Notes under the pieces: generated by a model
Database searches by the model: none
Told to the model about the DNA's origin: nothing
Seen by the model: the letters and a program-made list of their open reading frames with translations, nothing else
Part shown: piece by piece, positions 34,572 through 45,040 of the stretch
Layout of the letters: each line of letters opens with the position of its first letter
Position numbering within the stretch: position 1 is the stretch's first letter
Program-made: the position numbers and the translations under genes
DNA from: Bacteroidota bacterium
GTDB lineage: Bacteria; Bacteroidota; Bacteroidia; 2-12-FULL-35-15
NCBI GenBank assembly: GCA_023251805.1
Contig: JAHEYB010000002.1
Span: forward strand, 35,038 to 99,037
Length of the DNA: 64,000 nt
Direction of reading: 5' to 3'

Positions 34572-37500
34572 TTAGTACACAATAATCTTTTTCACTACTT
34601 CATGTTTCTCATTTGTTAATGAAATTGTGTAGACTCCTTTTCCATAATCAACAACACTTAATTGTTTAGTGTATTGACCTGAGAAATCGTTTACTTCATC
34701 TTTAAAGATTAATTGACCCAAAGCATTTGTCAATTCCAAAGTATATGTTCCTTTAACAGAAACATTGAAGGAAACATTAAAGTTTCCATCGTTTGGATTT
34801 GGATAGATACTTAACAAATAAGGATTTGATGTTTGGTCCATTCCAGTTGTTGTAATCACTTCTGGGGCAGATGCTGCGGAAGAACAACCACCAATTGTTA
34901 CAACAACGGTATACGTTCCGTTTGCAGTAAACACGTAAGTTTGATTTGTTTCACCTGCAATTGGTGTTCCGTTCAAATACCATTGGTTTCCTGTTGCGGA
35001 GCTGGATGTTAAGGTAGAGCCCGACAAAGAAATTGTTGGTGTAGGAGGTGTAGGAGTTACAACCATTGTAATTCCAGTGCTGGTTGCGGTAAGCGGACTA
35101 GCACAAGTTGCATTGGATGTTAAAATACACGTTACTACATCGCCATTTGCAAGCGTTGTTGTTGTATATGTTGTTCCACCTGTTCCAACATTTGCTCCGT
35201 TCACTTGCCATTGGTAAGTTGGAGTGGTTCCACCATTTGTTGGGGTTGCTGTAAACGTTACAGATGTTCCCGAGCAAATTGCTCCGGATGGAGCAGCTAC
35301 AATACTTACTGCGGGTACAAGTGTAGGGTTCACAGTAATTGTGATTGCATTAGATGTTGCTGTTGGTGTGCTCGGACAAGTTGCATTGGATGTCATAATA
35401 CAAGTTACAATATCGCCATTCACAAGTGTCGTTGACGTATAAGTTGTTCCGCCTGTTCCCACGTTGGTTCCATTCAATTGCCATTGATACGTTGGAGTTG
35501 TTCCACCATTTGTTGGTGTTGCAGTAAATGTAACTGAAGTTCCGACACATATTGCTCCGGATGGACTCGCTACAATGCTTACCGAAGGCACCACAATAGG
35601 ATTTACAACCATTGTGATTGCATTAGATGTGGCAGTAGTTGGACTAGCGCATGGAGAACTAGAGGTTAATATACAGGTTACGATTTGCCCGTTTGTTAAC
35701 GTGCTACTAGTATAAGTTGTTCCGCCTGTTCCAACATTCGCCCCGTTCACTTGCCATTGATATGTAGGTGTTGTTCCACCTCCACCAGCAGTTGCAGTGA
35801 AAGTAACAGATGTTCCTGCGCAAATTGCCCCACTTGGGCTAGCAACAATTGCATTGGTTGGTACAACACTGCCGCTTACAACAACGACAGTTGTTCCTAC
35901 CGGACTAGTACAACCGGCAACTGTAACTGTTACACTATATGTTCCAGCCATTGCTGCTGTTGCTCCTGGACGACTTGGATCTTCTAAAGCAGAAGCAAAT
36001 GCACTTGGGCCTGTCCAGCTATAAGTTGCGCCTGCTACGGTGTTTGATGTTAACAAAATTGTTGAGCCGGTACATACCGGAGAATTACTTCCAGCTGTTG
36101 GAGCCGCAGGAATAGGGTTCACAACAATTGTAACAGTTCCCGCTAAACTTGTACAGCCGCCATTGGTAACCGTTAATGAATAGGTTCCACCCATAACCGT
36201 AGTTACACTGGTTAAGGCCGGTGGATTGCGCACTCCAGCAGCATAACTATTCGGGCCTGTCCACGAGTAAGTATATCCACCACCTAAATTTGGTGTTGTT
36301 AAAGTAATAGTTCCGCCTGCGCAAATTGCTGCAGGAGTTGTGCTTCCATTAATACTTGGAACCGGTGTTGCGGGCAATGCATTTACAACAACTGTTGTTG
36401 TTGCTACAGCGCTTGTGCAGCCACCAACTGTTACTGTTAAACTATATGTTCCAGCCATTGCTAATGTTGCACTTGCAATTGTTGGATCTTCTAATGCAGA
36501 AGTAAATCCGCTAGGTCCCGTCCAAGAGTATGTTGCTCCGGCAATTGTATTTGAAGTTAAACTAATCGTTTGTCCAACACAATCAGGAGTACTACTTCCT
36601 ACAGTTGGAGTTGCAGGGGCACTGTTTACGACAACTGTGGTGGTGCCCACTAAACTAGTACAACCGCCCACAGTTATTGTTACACTGTAAGTTCCGGCCA
36701 TTGCAGTAGTTGCGCTCGCAATTGTTGGATTTTGCAAGGCTGATGAATACGCTAGAGGGCCTGTCCATGCATACGTTGCGCCTGCTACTGTTGGCGTTGC
36801 CAAAGAGATGGTTGCACCCACACAATAAGGACCAGTGTTTGTTGCTGTTGGTGTGGCTGGTAAAGCATTTACCACTACTGATGTTGTGCCTGCCGCACTT
36901 GTACAACCGCCAACTGTGATGGTTACACTATAAGTTCCGGCCATTGCTAAAGTTGAACTTGCAATAGTTGGATTTTGTACGGCTGATGAGTATGCTAAAG
37001 GACCTGTCCATGCATACGTTGCGCCTGCTACTGTTGGCGTTGCCAAAGAGATAGTTGCTCCTACACAATAAGGACCTGTGTTTGTTGCTGTTGGTGTGGC
37101 AGGTGGCGAACTCACTACCACTGTAGTTGTACCTACTAAACTTGTACAACCGCCAACTGTGATGGTTACACTATAAGTTCCGGCCATTGCTAAAGTTGAA
37201 CTTGCTATGGTTGGATTTTGTAAGGCTGATGAATATGCTAAAGGACCTGTCCATGCATACGTTGCGCCTGCTACTGTTGGCGTTGCCAAACTGATAGTTG
37301 CGCCTACGCAATAAGGACCTGTGTTTGTTGCTGTTGGAGTGGCTGGTAAGGCATTTACCACCACTGTGGTTGTACCTACTAAACTTGTGCAACCGCCTAC
37401 AGTTATTGTAACACTATAGGTTCCGGCCATTGCAACTGTTGCTCCGGGACGAGTTGGATTTTGCAAAGCTGATGCAAAAGCGCTTGGACCAGTCCATGCA

Positions 37501-40500
37501 TATGTTGCGCCTGCTACTGTTGGTGTTGCCAAAGTGATAGTTGCGCCTACACAATAAGGGCCTGTGTTTGTTGCTGTTGGTGTTGCTGGTAATGCATTTA
37601 CCACAACCGTGGTTGTTCCTGCTGCACTTGTACAACCACCTACTGTTATGGTTACACTATAAGTTCCGGCCATTGCGGTTGTTGCACTTGCAATGGTTGG
37701 ATTTTGTAAGGCTGATGAATATGCGCTTGGACCCGTCCATGCATACGTTGCGCCTGCTACTGTTGGAGTGGATAATGCAATTGTTCCACCTACACAATAA
37801 GGGCCTGTATTTGTTGCTGTTGGTGTTGCAGGCGGGGAATTTACTACTACTGTTGTTGTGCCTACTAAACTTGTACAACCGCCTACTGTTATTGTAACAC
37901 TATATGTTCCGGCCATTGCCACGGTTGCTCCCGGGCGAGTTGGATTTTGTAAGGCTGAAGCAAAGGCACTTGGGCCTGTCCATGAATACGTTGCCCCCGC
38001 TACTGTTGGAGTTGCCAAACTGATAGTTGCGCCTACGCAATAAGGGCCTGTGTTTGTTGCTGTTGGAGTGGCTGGTAAGGCATTTACCACCACTGTGGTT
38101 GTACCTACTAAACTTGTGCAACCGCCTACAGTTATTGTAACACTATAGGTTCCTGCCATTGCAACTGTTGCTCCGGGACGAGTTGGATTTTGCAAAGCTG
38201 ATGCAAAAGCGCTTGGGCCTGTCCATGCATACGTTGCACCCGCTACTGTTGGCGTTGCCAAAGTGATAGTTGCGCCTACACAATAAGGACCTGTGTTTGT
38301 TGCTGTTGGTGTAGCTGGCAATGCATTTACCACTACTGTCGTTGTTCCAGGTAAACTTGTACAACCGCCTACTGTTATGGTTACACTATACGTTCCGGCC
38401 ATTGCGGTTGTTGCACTTGCAATGGTTGGATTTTGTAAGGCTGATGAATATGCGCTTGGACCCGTCCATGCATACGTTGCGCCTGCTACTGTTGGAGTAG
38501 ATAATGCAATTGTTCCACCTACACAATAAGGACCTGTATTTGTTGCTGTTGGTGTGGCAGGCAAGGCATTTACCGTCATTGTAATTGCGTTGGAAGTAGC
38601 CGGACTGCCGGTTACTCCAGGTAAATTGGAAGTCATAACACATGTTACAATATTTCCATTTGCCAACGTGGTGGTTGTGTATATTGGTGATGTTGCACCG
38701 CCTACAGGCACTCCATTAATATACCATTGGTATGTTGGTGCTGAACCACCATTGGTTGGTGTTGCTGTAAACGTAGCAGATGCTCCAGCGCACATTGGAT
38801 TTGTTCCAGCTGTTTGTGCAATTACTACACTTGCAACCGGAGCTCCTGTTCCAGTGATATTAATATTATCTAAATAAAGCATTTGTCCCCAGCCCGATTT
38901 GTTTTGGAATTTCACCATCACATTTGCTTGTCCAGCATAAGGAGTCATACTCACATTTTCCGTTCTCCATTGCGCTGCAGTGGGAACAAAAACGGTTGAA
39001 TTATTATCAGGTGCGGTTGCTAATACTGTGCTTCCTTTTGCATAAACTCTAGCCCAAGTAGCGCCACAATTTGTAGAAACAAAAACAATTAATGAATCAA
39101 AATAAGTTGCATCATATCTACAATAAGCAACATCAAAAGTCATATTAGCAGTTGACACTCCCGTGAAATTATATTTCGGAGTTATCATTTCATCAAGGTA
39201 CCCTGCTGTAGAAGTGGCAGGTGTTAAGTTATCCATTGATGCAGATTGAGTACTTGCTCCAAACCCCCCACAGGCAGTTGATTGCGTCCAAGCAAAATCC
39301 GCATCTGGATTTATTAGTTGCCAGCCCGGTGGAATAAATGTTGCCTGAAAGCCTTCTACTAAAGGTAAAGCAATAGGTGAAGAAACAGTAATGTATCCCA
39401 CTTTTGTTTCTCCGTCACTTCCGTTTATATTGGTTGCTGTTAACACAACTTGATACGTTCCGGCTGTATTATAACAAATGTTTGTAGGATTTTGTAACGT
39501 TGATGTTGCAGGTGTTCCACCTGTAAATGTCCAGCTCCAAGATGTTGGAGAGCCTGAAGAAATATCTGTAAAATTAATACAATCACCTACACAAATATTA
39601 GTTCTGTTAGCTGTGAAGTCGGCCACAGGAGGCGAAGTGCCAGGTGAAGCTAAATCTGATTGCCAAATACTACGACCGAATGTTGCTGCTCTTAATTTAG
39701 AAGCAGTATATTGAATTTCTAATTCTCTAACTGAAACATTTGGTAAACCTGTGTTGTAAGCAGCCCAAGAACCCGAAGTATTATCACGATAATAAACACC
39801 TACATCTGTTCCAACATAAAGCGGATCATTAACAGAGCTTCCTTGGTAGACAATACAATTGGCAGGAAGATTTGGTAAGCCTGTAGAATAATTACTCCAC
39901 GTTACACCAGCATCAGCAGAATACCAAACTTTGTTTGCAGCTGAGTATCCTGAAAAAGTAACCCAAACTCTATTTGCGTTTAGTGGGTCAATAGCAATAT
40001 AAGAAATAGATGCGGATGCTGTAGGAAGTCCAGCTGTTCTATCAACAAAAGCTGCGCCTGTAGTACACGCATAAAACCTGTTTATTTTAGCTGCATAAAT
40101 GTAGTTGATGTTAGAAGCTGCATTAGCAATTGCAATTAGACTTCCGGTTCCACCGGAAATGGTTCCCACTTGAGCCCACGTTGCGCCACTATTTGTACTT
40201 TTAAACACTTGAGATTTTCCTACAAATAAAGTTGCTGCATTGGTTGGAGCCTCGCAATAAGGAGTTACCCAATCACCGTCTTCGTTCACTGTTCCTGCTG
40301 CACCTCCACTGCTAACTATTGTAGTTGTATAGTTTCCGGCTGTGGTAGTTTTTCTGATATCGCCATAGTATAATTCACCGTATTGTATGTTGGCATTGGA
40401 CCAATCTATCAAACACTCCATACCATCACCACCTAAAGGTCTTGTCCAAGCTGCTGTTCCCGTCCATCTTGCGGTTCCATTGTCTTGCCAACCAGTATTT

Positions 40501-42083
40501 AATAAATTTGCATTTGTGGTAGACAGTCCAATTCGGTATGCTTGGGAAATTTGTAGTCCGTTGCTCAGATCCGTCCATGCAGTTCCACTTGTGGTGGTTC
40601 TAAAAAATCCTCCATCGCAACCGGCAAAAATGGTTGTTCCGCTACCCGGTAAAAATTCAATTGCGTGAATATCGGCATGGACGTATGGAGCACCTGAACC
40701 TGTCCATTCAGCATTTAAAGTCCAACTGGTTCCACCATTTGTAGAGCGCCAAATATTAACTCCACCAACCATTACCTGGTCGGCAACTAAAGGAGAAACC
40801 GCAAGCGCTAAGTCGTACCATCCTTGTCCACCAGCAGTTGCGCCAGTTGCAGAATAACCTAAAATATTTGGAGTAGTAGAACGAGTTGTAAAAGTGGCAC
40901 CATTATCTGTTGAACGATATAACCCTTGGTATCCGTAGGCTGTATTTGCTGCTAATACATAAACATAAGCTGAGTTTGCAGCAGTAACAGCAACCGATAA
41001 ACGAGAAACAGATGCAGCAGCAGGCAAGCCCGTAGATGTGGTTGCAAAAGTGGTTCCGCCATTTGTTGATTTGTAAAACAATGTGGTAGAAGTAGCATAA
41101 ACTGTTGTGGTATCTGTTGGTCGAAATTCAATGTCTTTGATGTTAGCAACAGCCGTTGCGATTTGTGTCCAAGCCGCTCCAGCATTACGTGAGCGATACA
41201 CGCCATTGCTTGTTGCTGCAAAAATAGTGTTTGGATTTTGAGGGTTAATTAATAATCGGCTAATGGTTCTTCCTTGTGTTACCAGCCACGATAAGCCTGT
41301 TGGCAACCAGGTGGTTCCCCCATCAGTAGTTTTTAATACTCCGATTGAATACGTATCTTGGGCTTCGCCATCACCGGTAGCCAAATACTGAATCAATGGA
41401 TTTGTAGGGTGTATAGCAATATCGGTTGTTCCAATAACGGCCAAGGCATCTGTTCCTGTTGTCCAAGTAACGCCACTATTCGTAGATTTCCACAATCCAC
41501 CGCCTGGGGAGCCACAATAATAGGTAGTAGAAACAAGTGGGTCGAAGCGGATAAAATTTACACGGCCAGCACCGCCACCACCCGAAGGGATAGAGGTTGT
41601 GGGACCAATTAAAGTCCAGTTTGCTGCCATCACGGTGGGTGTTCCCGGACCAGCAGCTCTGGTTCCACTAGCAGCACCTGAATAAAAATTATCAAGATAT
41701 TCGTTCCAGGCGTTAATCATTACAGAACGGTCTCCTGAGGGATATAAACGAGGAGTCATATAGCTTTCCCAACGCTTATAAATCTCCCACCCGCCTGCTA
41801 ATTCTTCTTCTTCTTTTTCGCCAGGCAATAAAGTTGAACCACCTTTAACCGGAAGCAATGGCGTTTTTAGTTTCGCCATTTTTTTCTCCATTTCCTTCCG
41901 CTCACGGGCTTCTTCTTTCCTGTGTTTCTTTTCTGTGTTCTTATAGTAGTCGTTAAACGACTTTTGAACATCATAAAAGTTTACTGTGGGATCTTGCATT
42001 TTTTCAACCCATGTTTGGGAATGGGCTGTTTTTACTGATACTGTAAGAGCAAGAGTTAAAGAAAAAAGTATTAATTTTTTCAT
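34572..42083 (-). CDS. giant (2503 aa) T9SS-secreted adhesin-like protein: N-terminal BNR/Asp-box beta-propeller region, PKD-like domain, 11 tandem 81-aa Cys-containing Ig-like repeats, 4-5 further about 75-aa Ig-like repeats, type-A T9SS CTD
   Basis: Signal peptide MKKLILFSLTLALTVSVKTAHSQ. Many xTNGGTTW/STNSGATW/TTDGGTTW motifs are present. Repeats take the form PATPTATNTGPYCVGATISLATPTVAGATYAWTGPSAFASALQNPT..AMAGTYSVTITVGGCTS. The C-terminus is ...GKGVYTISLTNEKHEVVKKIIVY. Confidence 0.85.
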   Translation of the reverse strand: MKKLILFSLTLALTVSVKTAHSQTWVEKMQDPTVNFYDVQKSFNDYYKNTEKKHRKEEARERKEMEKKMAKLKTPLLPVKGGSTLLPGEKEEEELAGGWEIYKRWESYMTPRLYPSGDRSVMINAWNEYLDNFYSGAASGTRAAGPGTPTVMAANWTLIGPTTSIPSGGGGAGRVNFIRFDPLVSTTYYCGSPGGGLWKSTNSGVTWTTGTDALAVIGTTDIAIHPTNPLIQYLATGDGEAQDTYSIGVLKTTDGGTTWLPTGLSWLVTQGRTISRLLINPQNPNTIFAATSNGVYRSRNAGAAWTQIATAVANIKDIEFRPTDTTTVYATSTTLFYKSTNGGTTFATTSTGLPAAASVSRLSVAVTAANSAYVYVLAANTAYGYQGLYRSTDNGATFTTRSTTPNILGYSATGATAGGQGWYDLALAVSPLVADQVMVGGVNIWRSTNGGTSWTLNAEWTGSGAPYVHADIHAIEFLPGSGTTIFAGCDGGFFRTTTSGTAWTDLSNGLQISQAYRIGLSTTNANLLNTGWQDNGTARWTGTAAWTRPLGGDGMECLIDWSNANIQYGELYYGDIRKTTTAGNYTTTIVSSGGAAGTVNEDGDWVTPYCEAPTNAATLFVGKSQVFKSTNSGATWAQVGTISGGTGSLIAIANAASNINYIYAAKINRFYACTTGAAFVDRTAGLPTASASISYIAIDPLNANRVWVTFSGYSAANKVWYSADAGVTWSNYSTGLPNLPANCIVYQGSSVNDPLYVGTDVGVYYRDNTSGSWAAYNTGLPNVSVRELEIQYTASKLRAATFGRSIWQSDLASPGTSPPVADFTANRTNICVGDCINFTDISSGSPTSWSWTFTGGTPATSTLQNPTNICYNTAGTYQVVLTATNINGSDGETKVGYITVSSPIALPLVEGFQATFIPPGWQLINPDADFAWTQSTACGGFGASTQSASMDNLTPATSTAGYLDEMITPKYNFTGVSTANMTFDVAYCRYDATYFDSLIVFVSTNCGATWARVYAKGSTVLATAPDNNSTVFVPTAAQWRTENVSMTPYAGQANVMVKFQNKSGWGQMLYLDNINITGTGAPVASVVIAQTAGTNPMCAGASATFTATPTNGGSAPTYQWYINGVPVGGATSPIYTTTTLANGNIVTCVMTSNLPGVTGSPATSNAITMTVNALPATPTATNTGPYCVGGTIALSTPTVAGATYAWTGPSAYSSALQNPTIASATTAMAGTYSVTITVGGCTSLPGTTTVVVNALPATPTATNTGPYCVGATITLATPTVAGATYAWTGPSAFASALQNPTRPGATVAMAGTYSVTITVGGCTSLVGTTTVVVNALPATPTATNTGPYCVGATISLATPTVAGATYSWTGPSAFASALQNPTRPGATVAMAGTYSVTITVGGCTSLVGTTTVVVNSPPATPTATNTGPYCVGGTIALSTPTVAGATYAWTGPSAYSSALQNPTIASATTAMAGTYSVTITVGGCTSAAGTTTVVVNALPATPTATNTGPYCVGATITLATPTVAGATYAWTGPSAFASALQNPTRPGATVAMAGTYSVTITVGGCTSLVGTTTVVVNALPATPTATNTGPYCVGATISLATPTVAGATYAWTGPLAYSSALQNPTIASSTLAMAGTYSVTITVGGCTSLVGTTTVVVSSPPATPTATNTGPYCVGATISLATPTVAGATYAWTGPLAYSSAVQNPTIASSTLAMAGTYSVTITVGGCTSAAGTTSVVVNALPATPTATNTGPYCVGATISLATPTVAGATYAWTGPLAYSSALQNPTIASATTAMAGTYSVTITVGGCTSLVGTTTVVVNSAPATPTVGSSTPDCVGQTISLTSNTIAGATYSWTGPSGFTSALEDPTIASATLAMAGTYSLTVTVGGCTSAVATTTVVVNALPATPVPSINGSTTPAAICAGGTITLTTPNLGGGYTYSWTGPNSYAAGVRNPPALTSVTTVMGGTYSLTVTNGGCTSLAGTVTIVVNPIPAAPTAGSNSPVCTGSTILLTSNTVAGATYSWTGPSAFASALEDPSRPGATAAMAGTYSVTVTVAGCTSPVGTTVVVVSGSVVPTNAIVASPSGAICAGTSVTFTATAGGGGTTPTYQWQVNGANVGTGGTTYTSSTLTNGQIVTCILTSSSPCASPTTATSNAITMVVNPIVVPSVSIVASPSGAICVGTSVTFTATPTNGGTTPTYQWQLNGTNVGTGGTTYTSTTLVNGDIVTCIMTSNATCPSTPTATSNAITITVNPTLVPAVSIVAAPSGAICSGTSVTFTATPTNGGTTPTYQWQVNGANVGTGGTTYTTTTLANGDVVTCILTSNATCASPLTATSTGITMVVTPTPPTPTISLSGSTLTSSSATGNQWYLNGTPIAGETNQTYVFTANGTYTVVVTIGGCSSAASAPEVITTTGMDQTSNPYLLSIYPNPNDGNFNVSFNVSVKGTYTLELTNALGQLIFKDEVNDFSGQYTKQLSVVDYGKGVYTISLTNEKHEVVKKIIVY
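35900..38570. repeat. intragenic tandem array of 11 x 243-bp repeats (8 near-identical; 3-unit, 729-bp higher-order periodicity)
   Basis: The track shows out-of-frame ORFs recurring every 243 bp (36655, 36928, 37171, 37414, 37657, 37900, 38143, 38386). Sequence starting at 37322 recurs at 38051 (offset 729) with stretches of more than 100 bp identical. Confidence 0.8.
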
Positions 42084-42482
42084 TTGTTAGGGGTTTAGAG
42101 AGATATTAATAAACGAACATAATGTATAATTTTCAGAAAAACAAGCATTTGGAGCCCTTTTAGATAAATCCCCGTTTTGCATCGGTCAATTGTCTTTAGG
42201 CGCTACTAATAAGATGGTAATTTGTCTTAACAAGTTGCATATTAGAGCAAAAGAAAAAGAAAAAAAATTAGACGCAAAGCTCAAAAAGCCTTTTCGCCCT
42301 CCTGCGCAAAAAAACTACTTTAACAATCGTATGTTGATTACTTTATAACATCCGAATAAAACACCCGTTTTTGTTTTATAGTTTTATGCCGAAACTAAAC
42401 CGCTTTTCTTTAAGTATAACCCTATAGGTAATATTGAAAATGTATAGTTTGTCGAATATCAACCTATAAAATCGTTCTGTTT

Positions 42483-43814
42483 ATGGTGAAAGAGAAAAAA
42501 ATTTTCGTTCTTGATACGTCTGTAATTATCTACGACCACATGGCCGCCAAAAGTTTTAAGGAGCATGACGTGGTAATTCCAATAACTGTTTTAGAGGAGT
42601 TGGATAATTTTAAGAAGGGTAACGACACCAAAAATTATGCAGCACGAGAATTCACTAGATACATTGATAAAATATCAAATGGTATCATTCTCCAAGACTG
42701 GATAAACATTAATGGCAAAGGCCATGGAATGATAAAAATAGAAATGCATCAGGATTCCAAAACCGATGCAGAAAGAGTTTTTGGTGAACGAAAAGCGGAC
42801 CATCGGATTTTAAATACTGCATTGTATGTTTCAGAAAAACATCCAAACAGAAAGGTGGTAATGGTTACCAAAGATATTAATCTTCGCATTAAGGCAAAAT
42901 CACTAGGATTAAATGCAGAAGATTATGAGACCGGAAAAATTAAAGATGTTAACGAACAACTTTATACCGGCAGAAGTGAAATTCAAAAAGTTGCAACCGA
43001 AGTAATCAATGAAATTTATGAAAAAGGATTTTGTGAGCCTTCTGTTTTATTAAAAAAACAGAAACCAACTTCCAATCATTTTTATGTTTTAAAAAACGGA
43101 ACAAAATCGGTTCTTGCTTCTTATAATCCAAGTAAAGATTCATTAGAAAGAGTAAAAAAAGTAACTGCATTTGGAGTAAACCCTCGAAATGCCGAACAAG
43201 CTTTTGCCTTGGATGCAATCATGAATCCAGATATAAAATTGGTTTCTATTCAAGGTGTTGCCGGAACAGGGAAAACATTGTTATCATTGGCAGGAGCGCT
43301 GGAACAGCGCAGAACATTTCATCAAATTTATTTAGCGCGACCAATTGTTCCATTAAGCAATAAAGATATTGGTTATTTACCGGGCGATATTAAATCGAAG
43401 TTAAATCCATATATGGAACCACTTTGGGATAATTTAAAATTTATCAAAAATCAGTTTAACGAAAAAGATAAAGAGTACAAACAAATTACCGAAATGGTGG
43501 AGCATGAAAAATTGGTTGTTTGTCCGCTTGCCTATATTCGTGGAAGAAGTTTATCCGATGTTTTTTTCATTGTAGATGAAGCACAAAATTTAACTCCACA
43601 CGAGGTGAAAACAATTATTTCGCGTGCCGGAGAAAACACAAAAATGATTTTTACGGGTGACATTCATCAAATTGACACTCCATATTTGGATACACAAAGT
43701 AATGGCTTGTCGTACTTAATTGATAAATTAAAAAACCAATCGTTGTATGCGCACATTACATTAGAAAAAGGAGAACGTTCAGAATTAGCGAACTTGGCGA
43801 ACGAGTATTTGTAG
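42483..43814 (+). CDS. PIN-domain plus PhoH-like ATPase fusion protein (YlaK-like)
   Basis: N-terminal PIN-like acidic residues (FVLDTSVII...; VVMVTKDINLRIKA) and a PhoH-like P-loop NTPase (VSIQGVAGTGKTLLSLAGAL; DEAQNLTPHEVKTII). Confidence 0.8.
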   Translation: MVKEKKIFVLDTSVIIYDHMAAKSFKEHDVVIPITVLEELDNFKKGNDTKNYAAREFTRYIDKISNGIILQDWININGKGHGMIKIEMHQDSKTDAERVFGERKADHRILNTALYVSEKHPNRKVVMVTKDINLRIKAKSLGLNAEDYETGKIKDVNEQLYTGRSEIQKVATEVINEIYEKGFCEPSVLLKKQKPTSNHFYVLKNGTKSVLASYNPSKDSLERVKKVTAFGVNPRNAEQAFALDAIMNPDIKLVSIQGVAGTGKTLLSLAGALEQRRTFHQIYLARPIVPLSNKDIGYLPGDIKSKLNPYMEPLWDNLKFIKNQFNEKDKEYKQITEMVEHEKLVVCPLAYIRGRSLSDVFFIVDEAQNLTPHEVKTIISRAGENTKMIFTGDIHQIDTPYLDTQSNGLSYLIDKLKNQSLYAHITLEKGERSELANLANEYL

Positions 43815-43821
43815 ACCACCT

Positions 43822-43867
43822 CATCCGTCCGCCAATGGCGGACACCTTCTCCAAAGGAGAAGGGATG
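43822..43867. repeat. GC-rich double stem-loop (CATCC[GTCCGCC-aat-GGCGGAC]acc[TTCTCC-aaa-GGAGAA]GGGATG)
   Basis: Two adjacent perfect hairpins enclosed by an outer CATCC/GGATG stem, placed immediately after the PIN-PhoH stop. Confidence 0.4.
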
Positions 43868-43892
43868 TTTTCAAAAATATATTTAGCGTTAT

Positions 43893-43939
43893 AAAACCAA
43901 AAACGTCAAGAGTGAAACCTCTTGACGTTTTTGGTTTTA
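43893..43939. terminator. bidirectional rho-independent terminator between convergent genes
   Basis: 16-bp perfect stem CCAAAAACGTCAAGAG-tgaaac-CTCTTGACGTTTTTGG followed by TTTTA. Confidence 0.65.
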
Positions 43940-43952
43940 TGCCTGTAAATTT

Positions 43953-45032
43953 TTATTCTACAATTATGACTTTTTTAGTTTCTGTTCCTTCAGAAGAAGA
44001 GATGGTGAAGAAATAGTTTCCTGCTGAAAGCCCTGATTTATCAAAGCTTAATTTGTGCTCTCCTTTTGACTGATTTTCGTTTACAAGTGTTTTTACAACC
44101 TGTCCCGTTACATCAAACAATTCAATTTTCACATTTCCTTCGATAAAGTTTTCGTATTTTATCTCTGCTGATTTTGAAACCGGGTTTGGGGAAACTGAGA
44201 AATTAAATTTGTTCTTTTTTGATTCATCAATAGCTGTAGCGCTTCCAAAATAGTGATAGGTTGTGTTGTTCAAAGCTCCGGAGTTTGTATTTCCTAATGT
44301 ATCTGTCAATGTATTATAAAAAATTTCAGCCGGATTGCTTAGTCCCGTTACCACAGTTGTAGGACTAGTGAATGTGCTGGTAAATCGAGTAATTTTATTT
44401 CCTGTCCAAGAAGAGATATAATAATTCCCTGCTAGGTCTTGCGTAATTCCATCACAATTTCCCAATGTTGAGGTGATGATTGTTGTGATAGCTCCGGTAG
44501 TAATGTCCATCGCTTTAATTGGAGCGCTCGCACCCCAACCAACAAATACGCAGCGGTTGTTTGGTCCATCATAAATAATTCCATTTGGCGAAGAGGTTCC
44601 GCCTGTTGCGGTTACAAATGCACTAAAAGCACGTGTTGCAATGTTGATACGATAAATTTTCTTGGCACTAAAATCTGTTGAGTACAAATAGGTATTGTCG
44701 TGAGTAAGTCCGTTTAAAAATGTAGCGCCCATCGTAATTGTTCCAATTGCGGCAGCCGTATTTAAATTAAAGAGTTTAATATTTCCCCCTGCATTAACAT
44801 ACAATGTATCGTTCACGATTTCTATTCCATGCGGACCACCTGTACAAACAGCGAATACAGTTACAGCTCCGGTTACGCTGCTTCTTGCCAAAATATTATT
44901 TCCTGAATTGTTTGCTATCAACCAACGATTATTTGCATAATCAAATTCGATGCTTTCAGGACTATTGTAGGCCTGAGAAAATGCTGTTACAGAAAACAGT
45001 GTGGCAAATAAAAATGTGAATAGATTTTTCAT
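43953..45032 (-). CDS. T9SS-secreted beta-propeller protein (SMP-30/gluconolactonase/LRE-like or NHL-like repeats) with type-A CTD
   Basis: Signal peptide MKNLFTFLFATLFSVTAFSQA, SPESIEFD motif and repeated blade-like segments. The C-terminal 80 aa (...NYFFTISSSEGTETKKVIIVE) match the T9SS sorting domain. Confidence 0.7.
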   Translation of the reverse strand: MKNLFTFLFATLFSVTAFSQAYNSPESIEFDYANNRWLIANNSGNNILARSSVTGAVTVFAVCTGGPHGIEIVNDTLYVNAGGNIKLFNLNTAAAIGTITMGATFLNGLTHDNTYLYSTDFSAKKIYRINIATRAFSAFVTATGGTSSPNGIIYDGPNNRCVFVGWGASAPIKAMDITTGAITTIITSTLGNCDGITQDLAGNYYISSWTGNKITRFTSTFTSPTTVVTGLSNPAEIFYNTLTDTLGNTNSGALNNTTYHYFGSATAIDESKKNKFNFSVSPNPVSKSAEIKYENFIEGNVKIELFDVTGQVVKTLVNENQSKGEHKLSFDKSGLSAGNYFFTISSSEGTETKKVIIVE

Positions 45033-45040
45033 TGTTGGTT

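Noticed and set aside
36340-38877. Many 60-120-aa ORFs on both strands and in alternate frames with 243-bp periodicity (e.g. 36655..36906, 36928..37149, 38143..38364, + strand 36340..36690, 38554..38877)
   Set aside because: They lie wholly within the tandem-repeat region of the 2503-aa gene. Stop-poor GC/ACN-rich repeat DNA generates open frames in every phase. Their periodicity simply mirrors the repeat. There is no CRISPR-like unique-spacer structure.
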